Shown: positions 11,983 to 23,735, numbered from the whole stretch's first letter. The stretch is 63,923 nucleotides of DNA, filler included, from Octopus bimaculoides (GCF_001194135.2; 7 parts of 5 records of this genome joined end to end with filler, not necessarily neighbours in it); one strand, 5' to 3'. Notes: generated by a model not told the origin, from the sequence alone. Made by a program: numbers and translations.

Positions 11983-12173
11983 ATATTCTTCTTTCTCTCT
12001 TTTTCTTTCCTTTTTTCTGTCGTCTTCCTCTTTCTATTTTTTTTCTTTCTTTCTGTCTGTTATAAAACTTAAAAACTGATGATGTCATTCCATCAACGTA
12101 TGGACGCTGGTTACTCTCGTTCATAGTTTATGTTTAGATTTCTGAAATTCTGAATTTTTAATCACCTTTTGCT

Positions 12174-12216
12174 TTGAACTTGAGAAAGACAAACATACTG
12201 TCGAAATATTGTTCAA
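12174..12216 (+). ncRNA. Minimal type I hammerhead ribozyme motif (U3/A8 core variant) at the PLE 3' end
   Basis: Stem I ttgaac (12174-79) / gttcaa (12211-16); core TTGAGAA plus an extra A; stem II gaca/tgtc; GAAA; palindromic ATAT stem III; predicted AUU cleavage at 12210/12211. PLEs are known to carry minimal hammerheads. Confidence 0.65.
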
Positions 12217-12279
12217 CGAATAAAATATCTATACAATCGAATCGCGCTCTTCGTCTTGACTATTATTATTATTATTTTA

Positions 12280-12581
12280 TGTTTGACTTTTGTTTTGCAT
12301 TTGTACAAGTTGGATCCAAGTCTCACCCAGAGACCTCAAGAGACAACAAGTTAGAAGTTCATGTAGGTGTTATGCCTAGGGTACCATATATTTGGATTTG
12401 TACAGTTTTGTTCAAGTGAATGTTTAAGAAACCATAAGAAAATTATGTTTGCTTTAAAATTTGAGATCACATAGACAGTATTTTACGTAGGATATGGGCA
12501 GTTCCCATGAGCACTATCTTTTGGACTTCAGCCATTTTGGGGTTTCCTGGTATCTGAGCTAGGTAGTAATCAGCCCGTTTC
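12280..12581. repeat. Probable unclassified interspersed repeat, truncated by a spacer
   Basis: Recalled as a common octopus repeat. Not repeated within this window, so not verified. Confidence 0.3.
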
Positions 12582-12681
12582 NNNNNNNNNNNNNNNNNNN
12601 NNNNNNNNNNNNNNNNNNNNNNNNNTTAATTAATTAANNNNNNNNNNNNNNNNNNNNNNNNNNNNNNNNNNNNNNNNNNNN
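12582..12681. other. Artificial 100-bp assembly spacer (44N-TTAATTAATTAA-44N); also 42907-43006, 47798-47897, 56113-56212, 60511-60610, 62715-62814
   Basis: Identical architecture six times. The 12-mer places a stop codon in all six frames. Confidence 0.97.
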
Positions 12682-13740
12682 TGAAGTAGAAAAGAACTCT
12701 CATCACTTTTTTTCTCCAAGATGGATTCCTTATCACCAAAGTGCTTCAGTATATTTCCTTTCTCTTTTGCTGATAATTTCATAGTAGGTAAAATATTGAA
12801 TGTGACTAAGTAGCATTGTTGTTACTGTTTGAAGGTAATGCTTGCAGCTTGTATGTTAAGACTTGAAATAGCCGACGGCTTTTGCTTTTAGCCTATATAT
12901 TTCCTTCGTGCTTACTTGAAACAGAACCAATCTTTTGTTGTTGCTGTTATTGTTTGTGGTCAGGTAGGAAGAGAAATTTTCTCTAAGTAAAAAAATTTGC
13001 TAACCATTTTCAACTTGCTTTGCTGTAATTTCTATATATGGATGTCAAGATGCGGAGTTTGTTCCTTCACCAAAACTAATTAGTAAGGTTTTTAGTGTAT
13101 GAGAGAAAGAAGAGAATGTAGCAGAAAATGAAGCAGAGAGACAGAGGGAGAGAGAAACAGAAAAACACTAAAGACCAGCAGTATGTTCAATGTAAGTGTA
13201 AGAATATGTGTGTTCATGTATGTATGTATGTATGTGTGTTTGAATATATATGCCTGTGCACACAAATATTTCAGCTTTTAGGAATACTTTGTATGCAGAA
13301 ATCAAATGCTGCATGTATTTGTGTGCATGCACAAGTCTGCTCACATATAGATATGCTTTAATGGATTGTTGGATTGCCAGCAGTAGCCTTCTTCTGCATG
13401 TAGAATGACAAAGGAAGGCCACCATAGCTGAGTCCATCCTCTGTGGTCTTTAAACTATGGCCAAGAGTCATGAGAGTTCTAGATCCATTGGGATATTTGC
13501 AACAGCATTGCAGAAGCTGACCATCATTCTGATGTGTGCACATGTACATATCTCTTATTCTTGTTCTCTGGCACTCATTATCACTATATATTGCCACCAA
13601 ATACAAATAGAACCATGTCTTCAAAAACTATAAATTTCAATGTCTTCACTTCAATTTTGGAGGAGACCAAGAGGATCTGTTGCATGTCCTTTATTCATAA
13701 TACTTGTCAAACTATCTGTTTGTGTACAAAGTATGTGTGT

Positions 13741-13971
13741 TATTTCTTTACTGCCTACAAGGGGCTACACACAGAGGGGACAAACAAGGACAGACAAACG
13801 GATTAAGTCGAGTATACCGACCCCAGTGCGTAACTGGTACTTACTTAATCAACCCCGAAAGGATGAAAGGCAAAGTCGACCTTGGCGGAATTTGAACTCA
13901 GAACGTAGTGGCAGACGAAATACCGCTAAGCATTTCACCCGGCGTGTTAACGTTTCTGCCAGCTCGCCGCC
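13741..13971 (-). mobile_element. SINE family A, full-length, with target-site duplication
   Basis: Reverse complement of the family A consensus. The flanks share tgtgtacaaagtatgtgtgt (13721-13740 and 13980-13999). Confidence 0.9.
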
Positions 13972-14699
13972 CTAAAGTATGTGTACAAAGTATGTGTGTG
14001 TTTGTGTGTGCAGGTGTGTATAGACATATATAATACATAAATAAATATATGGAAAGGGAGCTTTGGGTTGAAAAGGTTATTGCAAAGATGGTTAAGGTGG
14101 TCCTGACTATTCAGGAATAGAGACCTCAGTTTGATAGATAAAGCATGTAGAGTTTGTAATATCTTGCTGTTGTTTGTATTTGAGGGACAATCTCACCCCC
14201 ACTCAAATCTTCTGCAACTTCCTCTACCCAGGCTGTTGAAGAATTGATCTAAAACTTGTTTCACATCTTCCAACAATTCTTTGTCAATGTGTACAACAAC
14301 TTGACACCATGTTTTAATTAATTTTGTGAACACCAAATAAATTGTCGGTAAATAAACTGGTACAACCTTTGACTCTGAATACATGAATTTCAAGGTTATA
14401 GTTTTAACTTTTTTAGCGATTGGTCATTCAACACACACATACATTACATACATACATACTTACATACATACACTACATTACATTACACTACATACACTAC
14501 ATTACATTACACTACATTACATTACATACATACATCACTCAAAGTAGATGGAAGTTGTGGAAGAGGGAAACTTAGAAAGACAAGTGATGTAGTATTGAAG
14601 GCCGGTCTCAAGACACTAAACCTTTTGAAGGCAAAGACAAAGGACCGAGATGTCTGGCACCTTTCTGTTCTTGAGAAGACTCATTCACCACAATAGTAA

Positions 14700-14930
14700 A
14701 AAGCACTGGTGCTGGTTCCGCATAAAAAGCACCAAATACACTCTGTAAAGTGGTTGGTGTTAGGAAGAGTATCCAGCTGTAGAAACCCTACCAAAACCAA
14801 CAATGGAGCTTGGTGTGGTTCCTGGTCATGCTAGTTCCTGGCCTTGTCAGTTTCTGGTCTTGCCAGTTCCTATCTAACATTCCAACCCATGCCAGCATGG
14901 AAAACAAACATTAAATGATGATGATGAGGA
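14700..14930 (+). mobile_element. Family C (RTE-tail-like) repeat ending in (GAT)n
   Basis: ...ttccaacccatgccagcatggaaaacaaacattaaatgatgatgatg. Contains an internal ~17-bp triplication. Confidence 0.8.
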
Positions 14931-14993
14931 TAAGGATTTACACACTTCAACATTGTAATTACTGTTTCACTTCAGGTCAACAGTGGTTTAAGC

Positions 14994-15130
14994 CAGGGCT
15001 GGCCAACCTGAGGCCTGCGGGCCGCATGTGGTCTGCAGACTTTTATCTTGTGGCTCGCTCGATACTTTCTGGAAGTATTGTGTTTAATTTCAAAATAAAA
15101 TTGTTTGTGTAAAACATTTGTTTCAAAATA
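14994..15130 (+). mobile_element. hAT (Charlie-like) DNA transposon/MITE left end
   Basis: CAGGGCTGGCCAACCTGAGGCCTGCGGGCCGCATGTGG is a typical hAT terminal sequence. No right end found. Confidence 0.65.
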
Positions 15131-15572
15131 AGTTTGAAATTTATAAATGACAATAAAGCAATCGCCTACGATTTTATAATTGTAAACAAATGAAAAATAT
15201 GGGAAATTCTTGATTCTGTAATTTGAGTATTTGACTATTTGTGCCTAAAGTATGCTTCGTATACTCCTGATCACCATCACCAAAAGGCTTTTCAAGCTGA
15301 TACAAAAGCAACTTATCTAGGATACTGGTTGTTCTGAAATACAGTTAATATACTGCATAATATCATGAGTACTGAAGTTCAGAAAGACTGCTGCAGTTAC
15401 TCTTTCTCTTTGGTTAGTTCCAAGAATGCAACCTACTGTTGAAATCTCACACACATCTCCATCCAACCATGCCAACATAGAAAAGTGAACATTAAATCAT
15501 GCTATACATGCTTATCTGTCTTTTTATTTCTCAGTGCATGCATATGTATATTTGTGTGTGTATGTAGGTATG

Positions 15573-15629
<57 letters not shown>

Positions 15630-15633
15630 CTTC

Positions 15634-15830
15634 ATATATGTATATATGTGTATACATCTAGATGTTTGTGTGTGTATGTATGTACGCATATATGTATATA
15701 TGTGTATACATCTAGATATTTGTGTGTGTATGTATGTACGCATATATGTATATATGTGTATACATCTAGATGTTTGTGTGTGTATGTATGTACGCATATA
15801 TGTATATATGTGTATACATCTAGATGTTTG
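15634..15830. repeat. 54-bp minisatellite, about 3.5 near-identical copies
   Basis: Unit atatatgtatatatgtgtatacatctagatgtttgtgtgtgtatgtatgtacgc, seen as an 18-aa repeat in the ORF track. Confidence 0.92.
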
Positions 15831-16389
15831 TGCGTGTATGCATAAAATTATGTATGCATATACATTAGATATGTCTAGATAGTTAAGCACAAATAATGTG
15901 TGTCTGTGTGTGCACTTATATATATTTCTAAACAGTTTTGTTATTGAATATTTTTCATTATTCCTATTATCTCCTTTACATGTAGCTTTACATTTACAGC
16001 TATAAAGAATGTTCATTTAATGAAACTATAGTCTGTAGCATTTATTGTTTATTTGTTTCCGTTTGACATTCATTTTCCTCATTCACTGGAGATAGACAAG
16101 GGAAGACCTTCCCCCTCCAATATATGCGCGACTGTCAGAGCATGGTTAATTTTACAGTTCAGGTAGCTTCTCTTGAAAACCTACTAAAGATGAGGCATCA
16201 ATCAATAAATAAATCCCCAATATGGAAACAATGTGTGATAAATTAGATGATTCACAACATTCATTTGTTAAGGAATGTCATGAAAGATTTTGATTTATCT
16301 CCGTGAAAGTTTGCTGTAGAGTACTATGAAGAAGAATATATAAAGAAAGTGCTATATTTGGTATTAATGCTGCATACAATGGAAATCAT

Positions 16390-16615
16390 TTCATCATCAT
16401 TTAGCGTCTACTTACTGTTCCGTCCTTGCATGGGTTGGACAGAATTTGCCGAGGCAGATTTTCTACAACCAGATGCCCTTCCTGGTGCCAACCCTCACCT
16501 GTTTCTAAAAAAGGTGATTTTTTCCATAGCTAGGCAAGTTTTTTCGTGAAAGACTGGAAATGAACAACTTCTCTTGTGTGACTATGATGTTCAATTACAA
16601 CCATCACATGATAGC
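16390..16615 (-). mobile_element. Family C repeat, diverged
   Basis: catcatcatttagcgtctac...ccttgcatgggttggacag...ttctacaaccagatgcccttcct. Confidence 0.7.
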
Positions 16616-16654
16616 CAAGGATATATACATATGTGTGTGTATATATATATATGG

Positions 16655-16692
<38 letters not shown>

Positions 16693-16701
16693 GTGTGTGT
16701 G

Positions 16702-16736
<35 letters not shown>

Positions 16737-16744
16737 ATGACATT

Positions 16745-17050
16745 CTTCTTTTTAGTTTTGATCTACCAAATCTGCTCACAAGGCTTTAGTTAGCCTAGGG
16801 CTCTACAGTAGAAGCTCAATGTACCACACAGTGGGACTGAACCCGAGGCCACATGATTAGAAATCAAGCTTCTTAATCACACTGTTTTGTGGCATTTCTT
16901 CCAACTTCATGTTCTGAGTTCAAATTCTGCCAAGGCCGGTTTTGCCTTTCAGGGTTGATAAAATAAATATCAGTTAAGCACTAGCATTGGTATAATCGGC
17001 TTACCCACCTCATACGAAATTCCTGGCCAGGTGCCAAAATTTGAAACCAT
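16745..17050. mobile_element. SINE family B 5' half (-, 16745-16885) adjacent to a family A fragment (+, 16885-17050)
   Basis: ctaccaaatctgctcacaaggcttt...cccgaggccacatg, followed by gttctgagttcaaattctgcc. Confidence 0.7.
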
Positions 17051-17163
17051 TGTTATTATTATTTCAAAATTTGGCTCTAACCACAGTCTTTGTGACAGAA
17101 CTTGACTGGTATTTATTTTCTTGGGGGATAAAAAGCAAAATAAACCTCAAAAAGAAATAAAGT

Positions 17164-17384
17164 TTGACCCGTTATCATTTAAACTTGCCATATTTGGCCA
17201 AGATAGACTTCCTGTATTATCTTCAAACTGACCAAATCCAACCTCTCACACTTAACCTACAATATTATTCTAAAAATACACAATTATGTCATTGAAATCT
17301 GAAAGGTACAAGGTAATGTCTGTCTAATTCATATCAATGTAAATACATAAGCATCACATTTGACAGAGAATTCTAAAGGGTTAA
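17164..17384. mobile_element. TTAA-flanked MITE (piggyBac-like ends), left end decayed
   Basis: The right end is ctaaagggTTAA. The left end ttgacccgttatc approximates its reverse complement ttaaccctttag. Confidence 0.5.
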
Positions 17385-18054
17385 TGTAGGCAACCTGGTT
17401 TTTTTTTTTTTTTACATAAAGTTTGATTTTTGGCTAGAGTATGTTATAAAATGTGGTTACATGTCTCTCTCATTAAACTATGTCAGAATCATTAGTGCTG
17501 AAATCATTAAAAATTTGCTGCAATTATTATTGTTTTTACAACAAAGGTAGTAAGCTCATTAATTGGCTTTGCTTGTTCACAGCTGAGTGGTTAGCATTAG
17601 GAAAGATACCCAGCTTGTCCAATACACATGAAGCAATAATTTGTATAGAAATATGTGTTTTTATCATACCTAGGCTATCTTCAAATAAAAATGTTAAAAA
17701 ATATAAAAAAGAAAATGTTGAGTAGGGAGAAGCATCACAAAATATTGGAAATACAAGGTATGTGTTTGTGTAAGCATATACATTGTCTGATCCAAGTAAA
17801 CATGGAAAAGTGGACTTTAGAATTATGATGATAAGGATACGTGGATGGATATTAGCAAATGAATCTTTACAGGGAAAGAAAAAAAAAAATTGCTTTATGT
17901 ATATTCCAAGCAGTATTCTGCATCATTCGACCAAAGTGAGGACTAAATCGAGGTATTCTCTGATGTAGATTAACTTATAGTATAAAAGCAGCTATTGATA
18001 AAGTGAGAAAGGAAATTCTGTGTAAATACCGGTCCTGCTAGAAATAGTCACCAG

Positions 18055-18214
18055 ATGTGGGTGTGTGGTAAAAAAGTCTGTTTCTCAACCACATGACTCT
18101 AGGTTCAGTCCCACTGCATGGCACTTTGGTTAACTGTCTTCGACTATAGTCTCGGGCCAACCAAAGCCTGGTGAGTGGACTCCTTGACAGAAACTGAAAG
18201 AAGCCTATCTTATA

Positions 18215-18253
<39 letters not shown>

Positions 18254-18430
18254 GCCTATCACTTGACAACTAGTATTAGTGTGCTTATGTCTCTGCAACT
18301 TAGTGGTTTGGTAAAAGAGACTGATAGAACAGGTACCAGGCTTATAAAAAAGAAAAAAATATGTACTGGGGTTGATTCATTCAACTAAAAGTTCTTGAAG
18401 GTAGTGCCCCAGCATGGCCACAGGTAAAAA
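18055..18430 (+). mobile_element. SINE family B, full-length, with internal (TG)n
   Basis: tgtgtggtaaaaaagtctg...ggttcagtcccactgcatggcactttgg...ctatagtctcgggccaaccaaagcc...; 3' half cacttgacaac...ggtgcccc. Confidence 0.85.
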
Positions 18431-18687
18431 GTAGAAGATAAATTTTACTCAAATTACACCCTTATTATCTTTGAAAAAGGATAATCTACTCCCAGATAAA
18501 CTGTCTGGAGAGAAAAAGATGGACTGGCCCACGCTGGTATGTTGGTCAGCCAATTAGAACAGGATGACTAGTGTTGTTCTCCATTGAGGGTAGACTTGGC
18601 AGAATAGATCTGAAGATCACTCTTAGTCACTTGAACTATCTACATGTCATAGGTCTGTTCATTAAGACCTGGATCAATGTGATACCA

Positions 18688-18965
18688 TGTGAGGGTGTAT
18701 TGCCTTGTGGTTCAGGTGTTGCTTTAACAATTGCAAGATCAGGGTTTCAATTCCTAGGCCATGTGGTCTGTTGTGCTCTTGAGTAAAACACTTAGTCTCC
18801 TGTTGCTCTGTGATTACGTTGACATCTGACATGTGGTACACCATGCACTTGTTCAGGCAACGTCAATTTGATGGAGGGATCGAGCTAATATATAGCACAA
18901 ACATTTGATCATTGTAAACAAATCATATGTGCAGGTTGTTCAGCAAGAAATTGTTGAACTGTCTT
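18688..18965 (+). mobile_element. tRNA-headed SINE, family D-like
   Basis: tgtgagggtgtattgccttgtggtt...gggtttcaattcct...gtgctcttgagtaaaacactt. Confidence 0.65.
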
Positions 18966-18989
18966 TCTCAGACTATGGACAGACTACTG

Positions 18990-19150
18990 TCAGTGTGACA
19001 CAACAATCAGCTAGAAATGACAGCTAAAATTCTCTTAAATTATTCTCTACAATGTTTAAAAAGATATGGGAGGACATAACTTTTCAGACAGAGGGAATGA
19101 TCACAGCCAGAATGGCCCTTATTTATAGGTCTGCTTGACTTAAACAAACT
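18990..19150 (+). repeat. Unclassified repeat family E (ctagaaatagcagccaaa motif); related copies near 18430-18600, 32165-32330 (-), 35755-35960 (-), 40320-40600 (+)
   Basis: Shared motifs gctagaaat..cagc.aaa and gatcac.gctggaat. Confidence 0.55.
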
Positions 19151-19161
19151 TGAGGCTTACC

Positions 19162-19193
<32 letters not shown>

Positions 19194-19336
19194 CAATGAC
19201 AATACATCCATGCACCTTGTCATTGTTAAAGGTTAATAAACAAAGCAGTGCCATTTGTTCCCATTTCCCTGAAAATCTGTTTTTGAGATGACAATACTTT
19301 GATGACATGTTTGTTTTCAATTTCTGGATATTTTAG

Positions 19337-19415
19337 TTCTATTGATTTGGGGGAGTCTGGTGTACGGTCAGATGTGGATGAGGCTGACTTACAACGGAAA
19401 TCAACATACTCTTAA
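19337..19415 (+). CDS. Candidate terminal coding exon (SIDLGESGVRSDVDEADLQRKSTYS*)
   Basis: Acceptor ..tttctggatattttag, TAA at 19413-19415, then ~1.3 kb of largely unique sequence with AATAAA motifs. Confidence 0.3.
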
Positions 19416-21342
19416 CTTTTAAAACACTTTACTGCCATCATCTTGTTCAATGTAAGCAAACATTTTTAGAGTGAATGGATACTGTTCGCATTTATGATGT
19501 AGCTGGAGTTGTTTCGACACTGTTGACTCTGTCACCTCAAAGGAAAACAGAACTTCTCCGATGTGGAGAGCGTGAGGTCAGAGGAGGCGGAAGAGGAGGA
19601 GTGGTGATGGAAGGTGAAGGTGTGTGATAAGCAAATCAAAGAGAAAAAAAAAAAGATTTTTTTGTTAAAAACTATAAAATAAATGTAGCTACCATTATTA
19701 CATTGTTATTAACATGTTGTCAAATGTTTCTTTTAAAAGAACAACAGCACCACTAACCCCTTTACCACCACTGCCAGCAACAACTATAATACAGTAACCA
19801 ACAAAAATAAAGGAAATTAGAAAGTGCTAGTCTGTGTACATTCTTGTCTGTTCATCGTCACCTGTTTATTCATTAATTTCTACACTGCAGTGTTGTCAAA
19901 AAGCTGAAGCAAACTAGTTCTATCCATGTACCTGTTGCCAACAAAATTACTTATGTATTCCTTACATAATTGCTTTTAGCTGACAGTTCTGAATACAATA
20001 CAGTTTTGTGTCTAAGATTATCATCATCGGAAGCAGGTCAATTGGATAGCTTAGACAATTAGTAGTTTGGTTGTCTCCCTTCATATCAGATTTTCTGTGC
20101 CGCTTTAATAACTTGTAACATTGTCTAGGGATAAAAATGTCATTTTCTTGTGTTGGTTTCTTGATAGACAGAAACAGTCAGTTGGAATCTGATAGTTTTA
20201 TTGTTATCTGCCTAATACTTCTCCTTAATTTTAATTAGACATAAACATAACTTTCATTCTTCCACTTGCCTGTTGAGTAATTAACTGCCAATCTTAACTA
20301 AATGGTAAATCCATTACAGTATTATTCTGCGATTATATTTCTATTAGTCTTGTGTTAGTAATTACTTTTAGAGATCTCTTTCATTACTGCACTTTCTCCG
20401 TATGTGTGTGTGTGTGTGTCTGTGAGAGAGAGAAAGAGTAACTTGTGAATTTAATACTAATAAATATATGCGATGTGAGAACGGGGTTAATGCCTATTGA
20501 CTAATTGGTTTCAAATGGGGATAGGCTTTTAATTCTGGGTCATATGCAGGCAAAATAAAATAATTCGCCACAAATATAGGAGTCGATTTGAAAGGATATC
20601 TCTTTCATTGATGCCTGTTTTAGAATATGTCTCCTCTATCCATGATCAATTTCATTACTTTCCCCATGACATAATAACAACCGGAAATATGAATGCCATT
20701 GTAGTGTGCCCTATAAGCCCTTGATTAACTTAGTCTATGTGATACATATTTCCTTTTTTTGTAGAAGCCATTTCTGCCATATTGCTTACACTATGGGCAG
20801 TTGATGGCAGAATTGGGAGTGTCACACATTTTGTTATGTCATTTTGCATTGTGAGTTCAAATTTTAATGGGGTGGACTTGAACTTTTGTTCTTTCAGGGT
20901 GGATAAAATAAGTACAAATCAAGTCCTGAGAATCAGTTATATTGGTGGTAAACTCCTTCCCCCAAATTTGGGGTCTTGTGCCTAATTTGTAAATTCCTAT
21001 ATTGCTAATACTCTTAGTTGTTAGCTAATTAATGTATTAAGATCGTGATAGATACTTTTGCTTGAAATTTAAATGTGTGTTTAATGTGTTGGGACGATCA
21101 TGGATCAGACCTAAAGGCAGAACTAATCATAACTACTGGGGTTTCTGTTGTACCTTAGGCTGTGTTCAGATAACTTCCTCTCTTGTTGCCTCTAGGCCCC
21201 TAACAGAACTTTGTTTGCATTTCAGGGTAATATAATAAAATATACATTAATTACACCAAGCCAAACTACAATAGTGTACCACAACCATTGAACCATTGAT
21301 GATAGAAAAGATATTAATCTTTAACCTTTTCTTAATTTGAAG

Positions 21343-21499
21343 TATGATACTGTTGTAAAAGTTTGTTCTTTGAAAGCAAATGAAGCAAAAAAATTTGACA
21401 TAACAGATGAGTGGTGGCAGTATCCCACCTGTTCTCTAATGAAAGATACAGTAAAACAAGTTGGAGTTAGGGTTGTACAAGAGACCAGAAGAAGATGGG
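21343..21499 (+). CDS. Candidate internal exon (YDTVVKVCSLKANEAKKFDITDEWWQYPTCSLMKDTVKQVGVRVVQETRRRW)
   Basis: Acceptor cttttcttaatttgaag, donor GG|gtaagg, open frame. No homology recognised. Confidence 0.3.
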
Positions 21500-21772
21500 G
21501 TAAGGCAAAAAAAAAAAGAAAAACAGTTGAAATGTCCCCCGCTCTTTACTTTTCATTTGACGATGGCTCATCCACTTCTTTCACTCTCTTAGATATCATG
21601 GATAGCCCTGTGCTACTTTCAGAGATGATTATGAACTTACATATGTTGTATACCAATGGTTTCTGACCATTTCTGTTGCAACACTTGCTTCCACAAAACC
21701 ACACAACAGAGATTTGCAAAGAAGCACAAAGCAGAAAATAAAACAGGTGCTACTTTTGTACACTTGTTTATC

Positions 21773-21809
<37 letters not shown>

Positions 21810-22559
21810 NNNNNNNNNNNNNNNNNNNNNNNNNNNNNNNNNNNNNNNNNNNNNNNNNNNNNNNNNNNNNNNNNNNNNNNNNNNNNNNNNNNNNNNNNNN
21901 NNNNNNNNNNNNNNNNNNNNNNNNNNNNNNNNNNNNNNNNNNNNNNNNNNNNNNNNNNNNNACAACGACAACAACTTTACATCTGTACCTATATATTAGA
22001 AGATGTCTGTGTATTTGTTTGTCTGTGCAGAATGTCAATGAGGGAGTGAGAGGGGAGAGAAAGAAACAGAAGTAAAGTGAGGAAGTGGCTCTTTACTTCT
22101 CCTCCTCCATCTCCTCATTTCTCTCAATGTTTTTCTATAGAGGGAGAAATGTAAATAGTGTAAGTGAGAGAGAGAGAGAGAGAGAGAGAGACTGGGTGAA
22201 AGAAACAGACATAGACTAAAAGAGAGGAACTATTACAGAGGATGAGAAAGAATATGTGTGAGCAAGAGAAACAGAGAATGAGAAAAAGACAGAGAAGAGA
22301 GAAAGAAACAGAGAGAAAACAAGTTTCTATAGAAGTTCGAAGAGAGAGGGATAGTAGGAGATAGAGAAATGCTGATGTTTGATACTGTATATATGTTCTA
22401 TAGGTAAAGGTGAAAGAAAGCCAGCACAGTGAGAGGGGGGGGGAACAGGAGAGAGAGATGCTAATGTTTGATCCTGTATGTATATGTGTCAGTGTGTGTG
22501 TACGTGCGCATGCGGTGTTCTACAATTGCTATTTATTTCAATCATTCTTGTGAAGATAT

Positions 22560-23699
22560 TCATATAACTTGCACTCATTTTAAAAAATTTAATCCCCATT
22601 TTCATTTACGGAAAAGTTTCTGAGAAAAATGTTCTCACTCTCTCCAAGAGGAGATGGGGTAGATGTAGATGACCAGTATTCTACAGTGAAGCAAAGGCGA
22701 GGACAAGTGGCCAGTGTAAAGTCAATAGAGACCCCTGTACAACGACAGCAAAGACATGAAAAACGACTGAAGAAGAGCTGCTGCCTGCAGAGCCAATGAG
22801 TCACAAGAGGCAAAGGAAAAAATGGTTAGAACAATTACGTCAGCAAAATGCAATCTGCAGGAGTCAAGAGTCAAAAAGGAAAGAGAAAAATGTTTAAAGG
22901 ATTAAGACAAAGACAAGTTGCCAGACTTGCCAATGAGACAAAACGTCAGCAACAGATGAGACAAAGAAAAACCAAGAGCAAGTAGTTTCTGCAAGACTTC
23001 AATCCTCAGAGGAAAGACGTAAGCATCTTGATCAAGATAGGCTGAATACGTTTGACAAAAGAGTTGCACCTTTTATGGGGACTTGGAAAAGATCATAGTT
23101 GAACGATGATCTTTTCCATGATTATTCTACAGAGAAATTGACTGATATTGGAGCATTGTCAAACGAGTGCAGAGAAATAATTGCAGAACATAACACCCAA
23201 AGCTGATATCTTTCAAAAGATCCTAGCCTCAACCTTGGTTGTTTTACCTGTCTCCCTTGTTGAACCAATTTCTAGAAAGTATTGAGTTATAAGACTATCT
23301 TAATAGATAATATATACAAGGGGATGTCACATGCAGGCAGTTCTATAGTTACAAAACTTCTAGCAATGGTACCAGAGAGCACTGCTCTTAAAACTGATAT
23401 CATTATGGAACTTTGTTACTCTAGCAGCCAATAAAAAAATTTAATGATTGCTTATCATTCCTGTCCCAATCCGGCATGTCGTGTTTTGTGAGTTTTTTTC
23501 GGTTTTTTTTTTTTCACTTTTTACTTTCAACTAATGATCACAGCTAGTTTAGTACATACAGGAAATATATATATATTTTATTTACTACTTGTGCTGTGTC
23601 AGCTTCCTCTAGTTTTTACATTAAGTTATGGACAGAGTGAAGCAGATGTTAGTAATTCTTATTCTCTCTTTCTTTCTCTATCACTCTCAATTTCTTATT

Positions 23700-23735
<36 letters not shown>

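Larger units (their letters stand above)
10784..12260 (+). mobile_element. 5'-truncated Penelope-like retroelement (PLE): RT C-terminal half, linker, GIY-YIG endonuclease and 3' region with hammerhead motif
   Basis: RT motif LWLRFIDDVFFV, then SVEFLDTKV, LFCKPT..YLHHRSDH and PKSQFLRIKRIC. Linker VAF*RNKNIKE and CPLC. GIY-YIG region TCKDSHLVYGAECTKHNLIYIGCTTEQLNKRFNGH...EHF. Several in-frame stops. Confidence 0.92.

Noticed and set aside
15634-15830. Regularly spaced repeats superficially like a CRISPR array
   Set aside because: The units are contiguous and identical with no unique spacers, and the context is eukaryotic.
19475-19626. 50-aa ORF MDTVRIYDV..EGEGV and alternative acidic frame QNFSDVESVRSEEAEEEEW
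   Set aside because: Short, with competing frames and no consistent splice structure; kept only as part of the UTR-like region.
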